Positions 40,804 to 52,050 are shown, numbered from the stretch's first letter. The stretch is DNA of 64,000 nt from Escherichia coli (GCF_045037415.1 NZ_CP173438.1), one strand, 5' to 3'. Numbers and translations are program-made. The notes: generated from the sequence alone by a model not told the origin.

Positions 40804-41349
40804 TTACGACTTCGTGACATATCCGTGCTCATCACAAACCCGCCCCGCGATTACAATTAACTGAAATATTTCATCGACCATTTCGTTGTAATCGCATAAC
40901 GCTCGTGGAAATGAGTCTTCGGCCATCCAGCTTGAGTTTGCGTCCTGAAGTTGCTCTTTATCCCAGTCAGAGTACGGGACTTTATCTCTGATGCGGCGAA
41001 CGTATTTTTTAGCCTCGAGTTGATACTGGCCTGCCGAATTAATAAACGAGAAATTCATGCCGCTTTTATCCGCTTCTTTGGCTTGCGCCACCAGCGTTTC
41101 CAGTTCAGACACTTTCTTCATTGCCGCTTCTGCATCAAACTTATCTTGCGATATCAGGTTATTAATTTGTTTCGCTGAAATCATGACTGCCAGAGAGTAG
41201 TAGTGGAATGTTTTCCCTTTCGCAAACGCATCGTCTTTATAATTTTCCTGGGTGTAATATTTATCCATTTCGTTAATGGTATTACCCAACGCTACGGCAG
41301 CATCAATATAACTCACCGCCACGCCATCAATAGGTTGCAGCGCAGGCAT
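40804..41349 (-). CDS. hypothetical helical protein (K-12 yiiG position; homology unverified)
   Basis: 184-aa ORF from a GTG at 41358, or 181 aa from the ATG at 41349; no signal peptide; begins just after a hairpin downstream of fdhD. Confidence 0.45.
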   Translation of the reverse strand: MPALQPIDGVAVSYIDAAVALGNTINEMDKYYTQENYKDDAFAKGKTFHYYSLAVMISAKQINNLISQDKFDAEAAMKKVSELETLVAQAKEADKSGMNFSFINSAGQYQLEAKKYVRRIRDKVPYSDWDKEQLQDANSSWMAEDSFPRALCDYNEMVDEIFQLIVIAGRVCDEHGYVTKS

Positions 41350-41402
41350 TAACGCCACTACACGCGTTTTGTTTATAAAAAAATAACAAAATTCACGAAA
41401 TG

Positions 41403-41441
41403 AATAAGTCCTGTAATTTAATATATATCGCAGGACTTATT
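41403..41441 (-). terminator. long inverted repeat downstream of fdhD
   Basis: AATAAGTCCTG - 17 nt - CAGGACTTATT, followed on the minus strand by a T-rich stretch. Confidence 0.45.
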
Positions 41442-41445
41442 TTAA

Positions 41446-42279
41446 TTAATTGCTCAAACGCTGCGGATGGGTATAAACCGTCGCCCGACCCGGTTTACAA
41501 AAGCCCACCAGCGTCAGATTACAGCGCTCAGCCACTTCTACAGCAAGTGTGGTCGCGGCAGACACCGCAAACAAAATCTCTACGCCGCACATCGCCGACT
41601 TTTGCACCATTTCATAACTGGCACGGCTGGAAACCAGCACCGCACCTTGCTGCCAGCTTTCCCCTTCTTGTGATCGGCGGCCTAACAGTTTGTCCAGCGC
41701 CACATGGCGACCCACGTCTTCATGCCCGCCGACCAGTTCGCCAGATGGCAACATCCATGCAGCGGCGTGAGTACAACCAGTCAGTTGCCCCACTGGCTGG
41801 AAATCATTGAGATGACGTAATGCATCATCCAGTTTGTTGAGATCAAACGTCTGGGTGAACGGCAGCGGCTGCACCGGTTTACCGATATCGTTAAGCTGTT
41901 CTACACCGCATACGCCACAGCCCGTACGTCCCGCCAGCGCCCGGCGACGTTCCTTCAACCCCATAAAGCGGCGGCTGGAAAGCTCAATTTGTACTTCCAG
42001 GCCATTACAGGAAGGAACGACATCCATGCCGAAGATATCGCGCGGGCTTTCGATAATTCCTTCGGAAAGCGAAAAACCGAGCGCAAAGTACTCAAGGTCT
42101 TTGGGCGACGCCATCATCACCACGTGCGAAATGCCGTTGTAGACCAGCGCAACGGGAACTTCTTCCGCCACCTCATCTAACCGTGGGTGTTGTAAATCAT
42201 CACGCCGCCATAACTCAATTTGACGAACACCTGTGATATTTGTCACATTCTCGATTTCTTTTTGCTGTGTTTTTTTCAC
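41446..42279 (-). CDS. fdhD: formate dehydrogenase sulfurtransferase/accessory protein FdhD
   Basis: 277-aa ORF divergent from fdoG. Confidence 0.92.
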
Positions 42280-42472
42280 TTTCTATTAACCAGATAAGAA
42301 CACACACACCAACATTATGGTATTCTGTTACAAACCCTTCCTGGATGGAGGGAAATTGAGCCAATTCTGGACCTTTGCGGCCCCTTCCGCAAAGAAAAAT
42401 AACTCCCACTCCCTGCACACGCAGCAAGCGAATGTAAATGGGACGTGACAATGTCGAAACAAGGAGCAATCC

Positions 42473-45400
42473 ATGCAGGTCAGCAGAAGGCAGTTCTTTA
42501 AGATCTGCGCTGGCGGTATGGCAGGCACCACGGCAGCGGCACTGGGTTTTGCACCCAGCGTAGCACTCGCGGAAACCCGGCAGTATAAACTGCTGCGCAC
42601 CCGCGAAACCCGTAATACCTGCACCTATTGTTCCGTAGGCTGTGGGCTGTTGATGTACAGCCTCGGTGACGGAGCAAAAAACGCCAAAGCATCTATCTTC
42701 CATATCGAAGGTGACCCGGATCACCCGGTCAACCGCGGAGCACTTTGTCCGAAAGGCGCTGGCCTGGTGGATTTCATCCACTCCGAAAGCCGTCTGAAGT
42801 TTCCGGAATACCGTGCGCCAGGTTCTGATAAATGGCAGCAAATCAGTTGGGAAGAGGCGTTTGATCGCATCGCCAAACTGATGAAAGAAGACCGCGATGC
42901 AAACTACATTGCGCAAAACGCCGAAGGCGTGACTGTTAACCGCTGGCTCTCCACCGGGATGCTGTGTGCTTCCGCGTCGAGCAACGAAACCGGCTATTTA
43001 ACGCAAAAATTCTCCCGCGCGCTGGGTATGCTCGCGGTCGACAACCAGGCGCGTGTCTGACACGGACCAACGGTAGCAAGTCTTGCTCCAACATTTGGTC
43101 GCGGTGCGATGACCAACCACTGGGTCGACATCAAGAATGCCAACCTCGTCGTGGTGATGGGCGGTAACGCCGCTGAAGCTCACCCGGTCGGGTTCCGCTG
43201 GGCGATGGAAGCCAAAATTCACAACGGCGCGAAGCTGATTGTGATCGATCCTCGCTTTACGCGTACAGCGGCGGTGGCTGACTACTATGCCCCTATCCGT
43301 TCCGGTACTGACATTGCTTTCCTGTCAGGCGTATTGCTGTACCTGCTGAACAATGAAAAATTCAACCGCGAATACACCGAAGCCTATACCAACGCTAGCC
43401 TGATCGTGCGTGAGGATTACGGCTTTGAAGATGGCCTGTTCACCGGCTACGACGCGGAAAAACGCAAGTACGATAAGTCCACCTGGACTTACGAACTGGA
43501 CGAAAACGGCTTCGCCAAACGCGATACTACCCTGCAACATCCACGTTGCGTGTGGAACTTGCTGAAACAGCACGTTTCCCGCTACACGCCAGATGTGGTT
43601 GAAAACATCTGCGGTACGCCAAAAGACGCATTCCTGAAAGTCTGCGAATACATCGCAGAGACCAGTGCTCACGATAAAACTGCCTCGTTCCTTTACGCCC
43701 TCGGCTGGACGCAACACTCCATCGGTGCGCAGAACATCCGTACGATGGCGATGATCCAGTTGCTGCTCGGCAATATGGGGATGGCTGGCGGCGGCGTTAA
43801 CGCCCTGCGCGGTCACTCCAATATTCAGGGGCTGACGGACCTGGGGCTGCTGTCGCAGAGTCTGCCAGGTTACATGACGCTGCCAAGCGAGAAGCAGACC
43901 GATCTGCAAACTTACCTTACCGCCAACACGCCGAAACCACTGCTGGAAGGCCAGGTTAACTACTGGGGCAACTACCCGAAATTCTTCGTCTCTATGATGA
44001 AGGCCTTCTTTGGTGATAAAGCGACGGCGGAAAATAGCTGGGGCTTTGACTGGTTGCCGAAGTGGGATAAAGGCTACGACGTCCTGCAATACTTCGAGAT
44101 GATGAAAGAGGGCAAGGTCAATGGCTATATCTGCCAGGGCTTTAACCCTGTTGCCTCATTCCCGAACAAAAACAAAGTGATCGGCTGTCTGTCGAAGCTG
44201 AAATTCCTCGTGACTATCGACCCGCTGAACACTGAAACCTCTAACTTCTGGCAGAACCACGGTGAACTGAACGAAGTTGACTCGTCGAAGATCCAGACCG
44301 AAGTGTTCCGTCTGCCATCGACCTGCTTCGCGGAAGAGAACGGTTCAATCGTTAACTCTGGTCGCTGGTTGCAGTGGCACTGGAAAGGTGCGGACGCCCC
44401 GGGGATTGCGCTGACTGATGGCGAGATCCTCTCCGGTATCTTCCTGCGCTTGCGCAAGATGTATGCCGAACAGGGTGGCGCGAACCCGGACCAGGTGCTG
44501 AACATGACCTGGAACTACGCCATCCCGCATGAGCCGAAGTCGGAAGAAGTGGCGATGGAGAGCAACGGTAAGGCGCTGGCCGATATTACCGATCCGGCAA
44601 CCGGTGCGGTTATTGTCAAGAAAGGCCAACAACTTAGCTCGTTCGCTCAACTGCGCGATGACGGTACAACCTCCTGTGGCTGCTGGATTTTCGCCGGTAG
44701 CTGGACGCCAGAAGGCAACCAGATGGCGCGTCGTGATAACGCCGATCCGTCTGGCCTCGGTAACACGCTGGGCTGGGCATGGGCATGGCCGCTTAACCGC
44801 CGCATTCTGTATAACCGCGCCTCCGCAGATCCGCAGGGTAACCCGTGGGATCCGAAGCGTCAGTTGCTGAAATGGGACGGCACTAAGTGGACCGGCTGGG
44901 ATATTCCGGACTACAGCGCAGCGCCTCCGGGCAGTGGCGTCGGGCCGTTTATCATGCAGCAGGAAGGCATGGGGCGTCTGTTTGCCCTCGATAAGATGGC
45001 GGAAGGTCCGTTCCCGGAACACTACGAGCCGTTTGAAACGCCGCTGGGAACTAACCCGCTGCATCCAAACGTTATCTCGAATCCGGCGGCGCGTATCTTT
45101 AAAGACGATGCCGAAGCATTGGGGAAAGCCGATAAGTTCCCGTATGTCGGAACCACCTATCGTCTGACCGAGCACTTCCACTACTGGACCAAACACGCGC
45201 TGTTGAACGCGATTTTGCAACCAGAGCAGTTTGTGGAAATCGGGGAGTCGCTGGCGAATAAACTTGGCATTGCCCAGGGCGATACTGTGAAAGTCTCCTC
45301 CAACCGTGGCTATATCAAAGCCAAAGCGGTAGTGACCAAACGTATTCGCACGCTGAAAGCAAACGGCAAAGATATCGATACCATCGGTATTCCGATTCAC

Positions 45401-45523
45401 TGGGGCTATGAAGGTGTTGCGAAAAAAGGCTTTATTGCCAATACGTTGACGCCATTCGTCGGTGATGCGAACACGCAGACGCCGGAGTTTAAGTCCTTCC
45501 TTGTGAATGTGGAAAAGGTGTAA
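42473..45523 (+). CDS. fdoG: formate dehydrogenase-O major subunit (selenocysteine-containing)
   Basis: ORFs 42473-43060 and 43109-45523 are in the same frame, separated only by TGA at 43058-43060, read as Sec; combined 1016 aa; Tat motif RRQFFK; N-terminal 4Fe-4S Cys cluster. Confidence 0.92.
43061..43110 (+). other. putative SECIS stem-loop directing Sec insertion at the fdoG UGA
   Basis: immediately 3' of the in-frame TGA; contains AGCAAG-T-CTTGCT inverted repeat. Confidence 0.5.
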
Positions 45524-45535
45524 CGGAGACGACAT

Positions 45536-46438
45536 ATGGCTTATCAATCGCAAGATATCATTCGTCGTTCCGCGACTAACGGTCTGACCCCCGCGCCTCA
45601 GGCGCGGGACTTCCAGGAAGAAGTGGCGAAACTCATCGACGTTACCACCTGTATCGGCTGTAAAGCCTGTCAGGTGGCGTGTTCAGAGTGGAACGACATT
45701 CGCGATACCGTCGGCAATAACATTGGGGTGTATGACAACCCCAATGATTTAAGTGCCAAATCGTGGACGGTGATGCGATTCTCGGAAGTGGAGCAGAACG
45801 ACAAACTGGAATGGCTGATCCGCAAAGACGGCTGTATGCACTGTTCCGATCCAGGCTGCCTGAAAGCATGCCCGGCGGAAGGGGCAATTATTCAGTATGC
45901 CAATGGTATCGTCGACTTCCAGTCCGAGCAGTGCATCGGCTGCGGTTATTGCATCGCAGGGTGCCCGTTCAACGTGCCACGCCTCAACCCGGAAGACAAC
46001 CGCGTCTACAAATGTACGTTGTGCGTTGACCGCGTGGTGGTTGGGCAAGAACCGGCCTGCGTGAAGACCTGCCCAACGGGCGCGATTCACTTCGGTACGA
46101 AAGAGTCGATGAAAACGCTGGCGAGCGAGCGCGTGGCGGAGCTGAAAACCCGCGGTTACGACAATGCGGGTCTGTACGATCCGGCAGGCGTCGGTGGTAC
46201 ACACGTTATGTACGTACTGCACCATGCTGACAAGCCAAATCTGTATCATGGCTTGCCGGAGAACCCGGAAATCAGCGAAACCGTGAAATTCTGGAAAGGC
46301 ATCTGGAAACCACTCGCAGCTGTTGGCTTTGCGGCTACCTTCGCAGCCAGTATCTTCCACTACGTGGGTGTCGGTCCGAACCGTGCGGATGAGGAAGAGA
46401 ATAATCTGCACGAAGAGAAAGACGAGGAGCGCAAATGA
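45536..46438 (+). CDS. fdoH: formate dehydrogenase-O iron-sulfur subunit
   Basis: 300 aa; four CxxCxxCxxxCP ferredoxin motifs; C-terminal TM anchor. Confidence 0.95.
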   Translation: MAYQSQDIIRRSATNGLTPAPQARDFQEEVAKLIDVTTCIGCKACQVACSEWNDIRDTVGNNIGVYDNPNDLSAKSWTVMRFSEVEQNDKLEWLIRKDGCMHCSDPGCLKACPAEGAIIQYANGIVDFQSEQCIGCGYCIAGCPFNVPRLNPEDNRVYKCTLCVDRVVVGQEPACVKTCPTGAIHFGTKESMKTLASERVAELKTRGYDNAGLYDPAGVGGTHVMYVLHHADKPNLYHGLPENPEISETVKFWKGIWKPLAAVGFAATFAASIFHYVGVGPNRADEEENNLHEEKDEERK

Positions 46439-47070
46439 AACGACGTGACACCATCGTGCGCTACACCGCGCCGGAACGTATCAACCACTGGATCACCGCC
46501 TTCTGCTTCATCCTGGCGGCGGTGAGCGGGCTGGGCTTTTTGTTCCCGTCCTTCAACTGGTTGATGCAAATCATGGGCACACCGCAGCTGGCGCGAATTC
46601 TGCATCCGTTTGTCGGCGTGGTTATGTTTGCCTCGTTCATCATCATGTTTTTCCGTTACTGGCATCACAACCTAATCAATCGGGATGATATCTTTTGGGC
46701 GAAGAATATTCGTAAGATCGTCGTCAACGAGGAAGTAGGTGACACCGGGCGTTATAACTTCGGTCAGAAATGCGTTTTCTGGGCGGCGATTATTTTCCTG
46801 GTCCTGTTGCTGGTGAGCGGCGTGATTATCTGGCGTCCTTATTTTGCGCCTGCTTTCTCAATCCCGGTGATCCGATTCGCGTTAATGCTGCATTCATTTG
46901 CCGCAGTGGCGTTAATTGTGGTTATCATGGTGCATATCTACGCCGCCCTTTGGGTGAAAGGCACGATTACCGCCATGGTGGAAGGATGGGTGACCAGCGC
47001 ATGGGCAAAGAAACATCACCCGCGCTGGTACCGTGAGGTCCGCAAGACAACGGAAAAGAAAGCTGAATGA
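46435..47070 (+). CDS. fdoI: formate dehydrogenase-O cytochrome b556 subunit
   Basis: 211-aa four-helix membrane protein with conserved His; 4-nt overlap with fdoH. Confidence 0.95.
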   Translation: MKRRDTIVRYTAPERINHWITAFCFILAAVSGLGFLFPSFNWLMQIMGTPQLARILHPFVGVVMFASFIIMFFRYWHHNLINRDDIFWAKNIRKIVVNEEVGDTGRYNFGQKCVFWAAIIFLVLLLVSGVIIWRPYFAPAFSIPVIRFALMLHSFAAVALIVVIMVHIYAALWVKGTITAMVEGWVTSAWAKKHHPRWYREVRKTTEKKAE

Positions 47071-47996
47071 GTATTCGCATAATCCCGCAAGATGAGCTGG
47101 GTTCGAGCGAGAAACGTACGGCGGATATGATTCCGCCGTTATTGTTCCCTCGGCTCAAGAATTTATACAACCGCCGCGCCGAGCGTCTGCGCGAGCTGGC
47201 AGAACATAATCCGCTGGGTGATTACCTGCGCTTTGCTGCGCTTATCGCCCACGCCCAGGAAGTGGTGCTGTACGACCATCCGCTGGAGATGGATCTGACC
47301 ACGCGCATTAAAGAAGCCAGCGCACAAGGCAAGCCCCCGCTGGATATTCACGTTCTGCCGCGTGATAAGCACTGGCAAAAGCTGCTGATGGCGCTGATTG
47401 CTGAGCTGAAACCTGAAATGAGCGGCCCGGCGCTGGCAGTGATTGAGAATCTGGAGAAGGCATCGACTCAGGAGCTGGAAGATATGGCCAGCGCACTGTT
47501 TGCCTCTGATTTCTCGTCCGTCAGCAGCGATAAAGCGCCGTTTATCTGGGCTGCGCTGTCGCTCTACTGGGCGCAGATGGCTAATCTGATCCCCGGCAAA
47601 GCCCGCGCTGAATACGGCGAACAACGTCAATATTGCCCGGTATGTGGCTCTATGCCGGTGTCCAGCATGGTGCAAATTGGCACCACTCAGGGTCTGCGTT
47701 ACCTGCACTGCAACCTGTGTGAAACTGAATGGCACGTAGTGCGCGTAAAATGCAGCAACTGTGAACAGAGCGGCAAACTGCATTACTGGTCGCTGGATGA
47801 CGAACAGGCCGCGATTAAAGCCGAAAGCTGCGATGACTGCGGCACTTACCTGAAGATTCTTTATCAGGAAAAAGAACCGAAAGTTGAAGCCGTGGCAGAT
47901 GACCTCGCCTCTCTGGTACTGGACGCGCGAATGGAGCAAGAAGGCTATGCCCGTAGTTCCATCAACCCGTTCCTGTTTCCGGGTGAAGGGGAGTAA
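47067..47996 (+). CDS. fdhE: formate dehydrogenase maturation protein FdhE
   Basis: 309 aa; CPVCG...CNLCETEWH...CSNCEQ...CDDCGTYLK cysteine pairs. Confidence 0.93.
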   Translation: MSIRIIPQDELGSSEKRTADMIPPLLFPRLKNLYNRRAERLRELAEHNPLGDYLRFAALIAHAQEVVLYDHPLEMDLTTRIKEASAQGKPPLDIHVLPRDKHWQKLLMALIAELKPEMSGPALAVIENLEKASTQELEDMASALFASDFSSVSSDKAPFIWAALSLYWAQMANLIPGKARAEYGEQRQYCPVCGSMPVSSMVQIGTTQGLRYLHCNLCETEWHVVRVKCSNCEQSGKLHYWSLDDEQAAIKAESCDDCGTYLKILYQEKEPKVEAVADDLASLVLDARMEQEGYARSSINPFLFPGEGE

Positions 47997-48177
47997 TCTC
48001 TGACGTTTTCCGGGTGGCGCAGGTCGCCCGGATTACAGTTCATAGGGTGTGACGACACTATCTCTCGTATTCCGCGTTACCTCCTCAAGCTATGCCGCCA
48101 GTGCCTGTTTGGCCTCAATTTTCACGCTGAGAAAATCGATAAGGATATCGATATCAAATAGCCAAATCTTTTTGCCA

Positions 48178-48396
48178 TTACCATTTCTCGCGCAGCTTAC
48201 GCAGGTATTCGACACCATCTTCCTCACACCCTTGCCAGATGCCAGGAACACTGGTTCTTGCTGTTTGCGATTGATTTACCAGGTATTGATCTACCGCTTC
48301 CCGTAATAGGTCTGCACGCGGAAGATTACGCTGCACCTCAAGATCATCAAGTTGCTTAATCACCTCATTCGATAAATCGAGTAAAATTCTGCTCAT
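48178..48396 (-). CDS. ribbon-helix-helix (CopG-like) DNA-binding protein, yiiF-like
   Basis: [39 protein letters not shown] has the RHH beta-strand/helix pattern; 72 aa from the ATG at 48396 (alternative starts 48402, 48420); paralogous to the ORF at 50508-50726. Confidence 0.75.
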   Translation of the reverse strand: MSRILLDLSNEVIKQLDDLEVQRNLPRADLLREAVDQYLVNQSQTARTSVPGIWQGCEEDGVEYLRKLREKW

Positions 48397-48510
48397 ATCC
48401 ATACCTGCCAGAGGGTTCATAAATATCTCGCCAATATCATTTTGAATCTATGGAGAGAAAAGTACCCTTGTCGAATCTTTAAAGAAAGCGCATTTACGCA
48501 TCACTTTTTA

Positions 48511-48556
48511 TTTTTGCGAGGCGTTTTCCAGATACGATGTAACAGTTGCAGTTATT
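48511..48556. promoter_or_regulatory. conserved promoter/operator-like motif, copy A
   Basis: TTTTTGCGAGGCGTTTTCCAGATACGATGTAACAGTTGCAGTTATT, recurring at 50820-50866 and in part at 52483-52504. Confidence 0.4.
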
Positions 48557-48709
48557 ACGAAAACCAGTAAAAAATGGAAGTGAAAACAGTCGTGTGAAAA
48601 TTTCTACTCTTTCTGAATTTACTCTATAAAGTTGCCTTTCTCACATCCAATAGCTTAATGTCATCTACCAAGAAAAAACGATAAGTCGTCAGGGAACGGA
48701 ACAGATATA

Positions 48710-49558
48710 ATGAATAAAAACGAATCAATTTCTTACACCGAAATGCAAAAATTTTTTGCCAGAGAAATTAAGGAAGTAGGCGGTAGGCCCATCACTTCTA
48801 AGAATTTAGAGTTAAGTCTGCTACCCATTCACGCCAGGGAAAACCTTTCTGCGCCAGAAATGCCGTGGTATACCGAAGTTAATGATATCTATATGGAGTT
48901 CAGACGCTCACCATTCTGGATGGTTGCCGGTTATGTATTCCTGGGATTTATGCTTTCACTACTTTCCATCTCGATATTATCTATTGTTGCATTCTCATTT
49001 TATGAGATGGGCTTTAATAGTGACTTGTTATTTCTGTATCTACTTGCATTTGTGCTTGGCTGTTTTATATTACCTGGCGCTGCAAAAATTGCTTTTTTCA
49101 CGCCACATTATCTTCCTATAAGATTTAACAGAAAAACACAAAAAATTTATGTTTCAGATTTAATTATTGAAGGCAATATCTTCTTTGGAAAAATAAAACT
49201 CACTTTTCATGAATATGACTGGAAAGATGTTGAAGGTTGGGAGGTGAGTAGACATTTCAGTAAAAGTATGCCTTACAATGGATTACATCTGGTAGTTAAT
49301 AGAGAAAATGATATAAATGCACTGCGACAGACACGCGTTTATACAACCCGTGCACCGTGGAGTGCACAAGAAATGGCAAGACAAAAGAACTATATCCCCC
49401 AAATATGGCTTTATTGCCATAATTATATGGCTTATAAAACTGTGTCTGGTGCAAAGAACAAACCACAACCATTTATTTTTTTAAGAAACAATTGGCTATT
49501 TAAATGGCCAAAAGAAATGGATAAACGTTCCAGAAGCTCAAAGATACTGTCTGAATAA
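48710..49558 (+). CDS. hypothetical membrane protein (two adjacent TM helices), unknown family
   Basis: 282-aa ORF in low-GC DNA (first 200 nt of the ORF about 38% GC by hand count); TM hairpin FWMVAGYVFLGFMLSLLSISILSIVAFSF / LLFLYLLAFVLGCFILPGAAKIAFF; purine-rich SD-like stretch upstream; no family recognised. Confidence 0.6.
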   Translation: MNKNESISYTEMQKFFAREIKEVGGRPITSKNLELSLLPIHARENLSAPEMPWYTEVNDIYMEFRRSPFWMVAGYVFLGFMLSLLSISILSIVAFSFYEMGFNSDLLFLYLLAFVLGCFILPGAAKIAFFTPHYLPIRFNRKTQKIYVSDLIIEGNIFFGKIKLTFHEYDWKDVEGWEVSRHFSKSMPYNGLHLVVNRENDINALRQTRVYTTRAPWSAQEMARQKNYIPQIWLYCHNYMAYKTVSGAKNKPQPFIFLRNNWLFKWPKEMDKRSRSSKILSE

Positions 49559-49582
49559 GCATAATAATGAAGGATTTCGACT

Positions 49583-50323
49583 ATGATTAACAAACTTACT
49601 CTTCCTTGGCCGGTATTATTTTTAGAATTTTTTGTGCGAGAAGTTGCCTTTAAGGGTAAGGGAATTGTTCGTTCTACATTACCAGCAGATGCCCATTTTT
49701 ATACCGGTGGGTCAAAAGCCCTGCGTTATCACCTACAACCAGGAAACCAATGGCCAAACTATATATGGCATGATGATATAGGTGATATTGTACCGTTTCC
49801 TCTACCCTCACTTCCGCTTACATTTACCGCTAACCGACCCACATTTAATTCCAGAGAATTAGCGGATAAATGGATGAAGGATAATATTCATACCGCTGTC
49901 ATCATGGCGGGGGAATTTCTGTCTGCTAATGAATGGATTCGCCGCAAAAACCAGCTTAAAACTAGTGTACACCCTGCGTCAGTTGCTTCTTTCGCACCCT
50001 ATGGCTTTAACATTAACCAGTGTGATGACGATGGCAATCTTTGGACTAATTTCCCACGTCCCCACATCAAATTAAAAATCGCACCAGGAAAAACAGCTTG
50101 TTTTCTCTGCCGCCGGGAAGAGCTTTTATTTGGTTATGATGAAGCACATAATCACTACCAGCCGAATCTTAATCTGGTTTTATTTGTGAAAAATCATGGG
50201 TTGCATAAGGATGTTTACCTAAAATCTCATGACGATAAAAGTGAATACGATAGCAGAATATTATGTAACGAAAAATTTACCACTTATGATTTCCGTAAAA
50301 ACCGGTCCAGATACAGCTTTTGA
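49583..50323 (+). CDS. hypothetical soluble protein, unknown family
   Basis: 246-aa ORF starting 24 nt after the upstream gene with a GAAGGA Shine-Dalgarno; AT-rich codon usage; no motif recognised. Confidence 0.6.
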   Translation: MINKLTLPWPVLFLEFFVREVAFKGKGIVRSTLPADAHFYTGGSKALRYHLQPGNQWPNYIWHDDIGDIVPFPLPSLPLTFTANRPTFNSRELADKWMKDNIHTAVIMAGEFLSANEWIRRKNQLKTSVHPASVASFAPYGFNINQCDDDGNLWTNFPRPHIKLKIAPGKTACFLCRREELLFGYDEAHNHYQPNLNLVLFVKNHGLHKDVYLKSHDDKSEYDSRILCNEKFTTYDFRKNRSRYSF

Positions 50324-50507
50324 TAGTTTATTATCCTGGATGATATCAGGAGCGATATCTATAAAGTTTATGCATTCCCTGTGATCAATTTTTCCTGTTA
50401 GTGAGCACAAATTCAATCTGATTGATGCCAGAATAAAGGCATCTGGCATGTTGATTTTATGTTCCAGAATGACAAAACATTGCTGTTAATAAGCACGACT
50501 CTTTTTG

Positions 50508-50726
50508 TCATTCCTCATGCCACTTACCCTGTTCTTCAACACCAACTACCTCACCCCTTTGCCTGTCACTTTTTGCCTTACGCACCGGAAATTGCTGACG
50601 CTCCAGATATTGCTCTACCGCTTCGCGTAAAATTGCAGAGCGCGAAACCTTACGCCAGCCCCGAAGCTTGTTCAGCCGTTTAATTGCCTCTTCTGATAAA
50701 TGAAGAAAAACCGTATTCATCGCCAT
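50508..50726 (-). CDS. ribbon-helix-helix (CopG-like) DNA-binding protein, yiiE-like
   Basis: MAMNTVFLHLSEEAIKRLNKLRGWRKVSRSAILREAVEQYL; 72 aa from the ATG at 50726 (alternatives 50720, 50753). Confidence 0.75.
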   Translation of the reverse strand: MAMNTVFLHLSEEAIKRLNKLRGWRKVSRSAILREAVEQYLERQQFPVRKAKSDRQRGEVVGVEEQGKWHEE

Positions 50727-50819
50727 TGCCACCACCTTACATATATTACTCATTAATGTATGTGCGAAAATTACGCCGAAAAATCATTTAAAAAAAGCGG
50801 ATTTTTGCATGTCGTTTTG

Positions 50820-50866
50820 TTTTTGCGAGACTGCATCCAAAGATAATGTAACAGTTGCAGTTATTT
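50820..50866. promoter_or_regulatory. conserved promoter/operator-like motif, copy B
   Basis: TTTTTGCGAGACTGCATCCAAAGATAATGTAACAGTTGCAGTTATTT; shares TTTTTGCGAG and ATGTAACAGTTGCAGTTATT with copy A. Confidence 0.4.
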
Positions 50867-51122
50867 CAATTGTTACTCAAAAATGGTTTATTACTTTTAA
50901 TTAAGCGGGGGCACATCTACAGAAAAGAAACAACAAATAATAAGGATGAATTATGGATGCTATAAATATTTTATATTCAAGAATATTTTTTTGATTGGGT
51001 CTTCATTTGCTTCATCAGGATGGTGTACCCGAAAAAGTCAGCAGCTTTACCGCACCAGGGGTTAAGGTGAAATCTACCATTCATAACGACCGGTCAGTGC
51101 CGCACCAACCGGTCTTTAATTG

Positions 51123-51401
51123 TTAGTAGTAGTAAATTTGTGGATAACAGTCCGGGAACCAGACGATTCCTTCCGGATCATCCCCCTGCATTACCCGATG
51201 ACATTGGCGTCGATCATCTGCGCGACGGCGAAGCGTAGTATAGAGCCGCTTCCATTCATGATCGCCCGGTGTACTGTAGTTTACCCAACAATCCATTGAA
51301 GGGTGACGCCATTTACCTGTAAGTGTTGGGATCCCTGAATGCTTATGCGGCTTCGCTTTACCATTACGATCCCTATCTTTACGCGTATTAAACGTGGACA
51401 T
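51123..51401 (-). CDS. hypothetical small basic Cys/His-rich protein
   Basis: 92-aa ORF; no recognisable family; may be a fragment. Confidence 0.3.
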   Translation of the reverse strand: MSTFNTRKDRDRNGKAKPHKHSGIPTLTGKWRHPSMDCWVNYSTPGDHEWKRLYTTLRRRADDRRQCHRVMQGDDPEGIVWFPDCYPQIYYY

Positions 51402-51462
51402 TTTTAGTCTCCTGTTAAGAGTTCTAAAAATGTGCTTCCTTAAAATAGTTCATCATTTTCCC

Positions 51463-51675
51463 TTAATTCGCATAGCGTGCTTTTGCACGAATTTCCGATA
51501 CGCGGGGACCATTATGATAGCGTCGATGCCCACACATCCAACAAGAACAAATACAGGGAGTACGAAAGCAAATACCTGATGCTTTTTTGCTTCCATCGCC
51601 TGCAGTGCGATAACGACAGCGGATTTTTTTTAATCGCACCATATGATGGCGACGTTCAGCACGATTACGGGTCAT
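51463..51675 (-). CDS. hypothetical small basic Cys-rich protein (possible zinc ribbon)
   Basis: 70-aa ORF with CxC...CxxC spacing (CICSCWMCGH); no recognisable family. Confidence 0.3.
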   Translation of the reverse strand: MTRNRAERRHHMVRLKKIRCRYRTAGDGSKKASGICFRTPCICSCWMCGHRRYHNGPRVSEIRAKARYAN

Positions 51676-51759
51676 AGCAAAACTCCTGAACAGGCGGCAC
51701 TATGCCGCTTTCATAGGAGTTCTGAATGCTGGTGCTTTCTGTATGGCATAACCATGCCT

Positions 51760-52050
51760 CTAACGGTTAAGTGCTTGCAGCACATGTTGCGGATCATTGG
51801 CAATCGCTCGCAGCAAAGCCTTTGCAGGCCCGGTCGGTGAACGTCGCCCCTGCTCCCAGTTACGCAACGTGTCTACGCTTACGGAAATAAGATCGGCAAA
51901 TTTAGATTGTGACAACCCTGAAGCGCGGCGTATTTCTTTGATTTTCATAGCATCAACTTCAAAAGTCCGTGAAGGCTGTCGCGTTCCTTCAATAATTTCA
52001 TTCATCTGGGCCATGCTGTGAGTCAACCGCTCAAAAAGTGCCTTATCCAT
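51760..52050 (-). CDS. HTH (XRE-type) antitoxin, HigA-like
   Basis: 96 aa; helix-turn-helix IRRASGLSQSKFADLISVSVDTLRNWEQGRR; ATG directly abuts the upstream toxin stop (TAA-ATG). Confidence 0.75.
   Translation of the reverse strand: MDKALFERLTHSMAQMNEIIEGTRQPSRTFEVDAMKIKEIRRASGLSQSKFADLISVSVDTLRNWEQGRRSPTGPAKALLRAIANDPQHVLQALNR

Noticed and set aside
44345-45553. 402-aa ORF antisense to fdoG, plus antisense ORFs in fdoH (45749-46411) and fdhE (47163-47939)
   Set aside because: Fully embedded opposite strongly supported genes; no independent evidence
47997-48177. 85-aa plus-strand ORF (48049-48306) downstream of fdhE
   Set aside because: Overlaps the RHH gene on the opposite strand, has no RBS, and is Ser/Leu-rich low-complexity sequence
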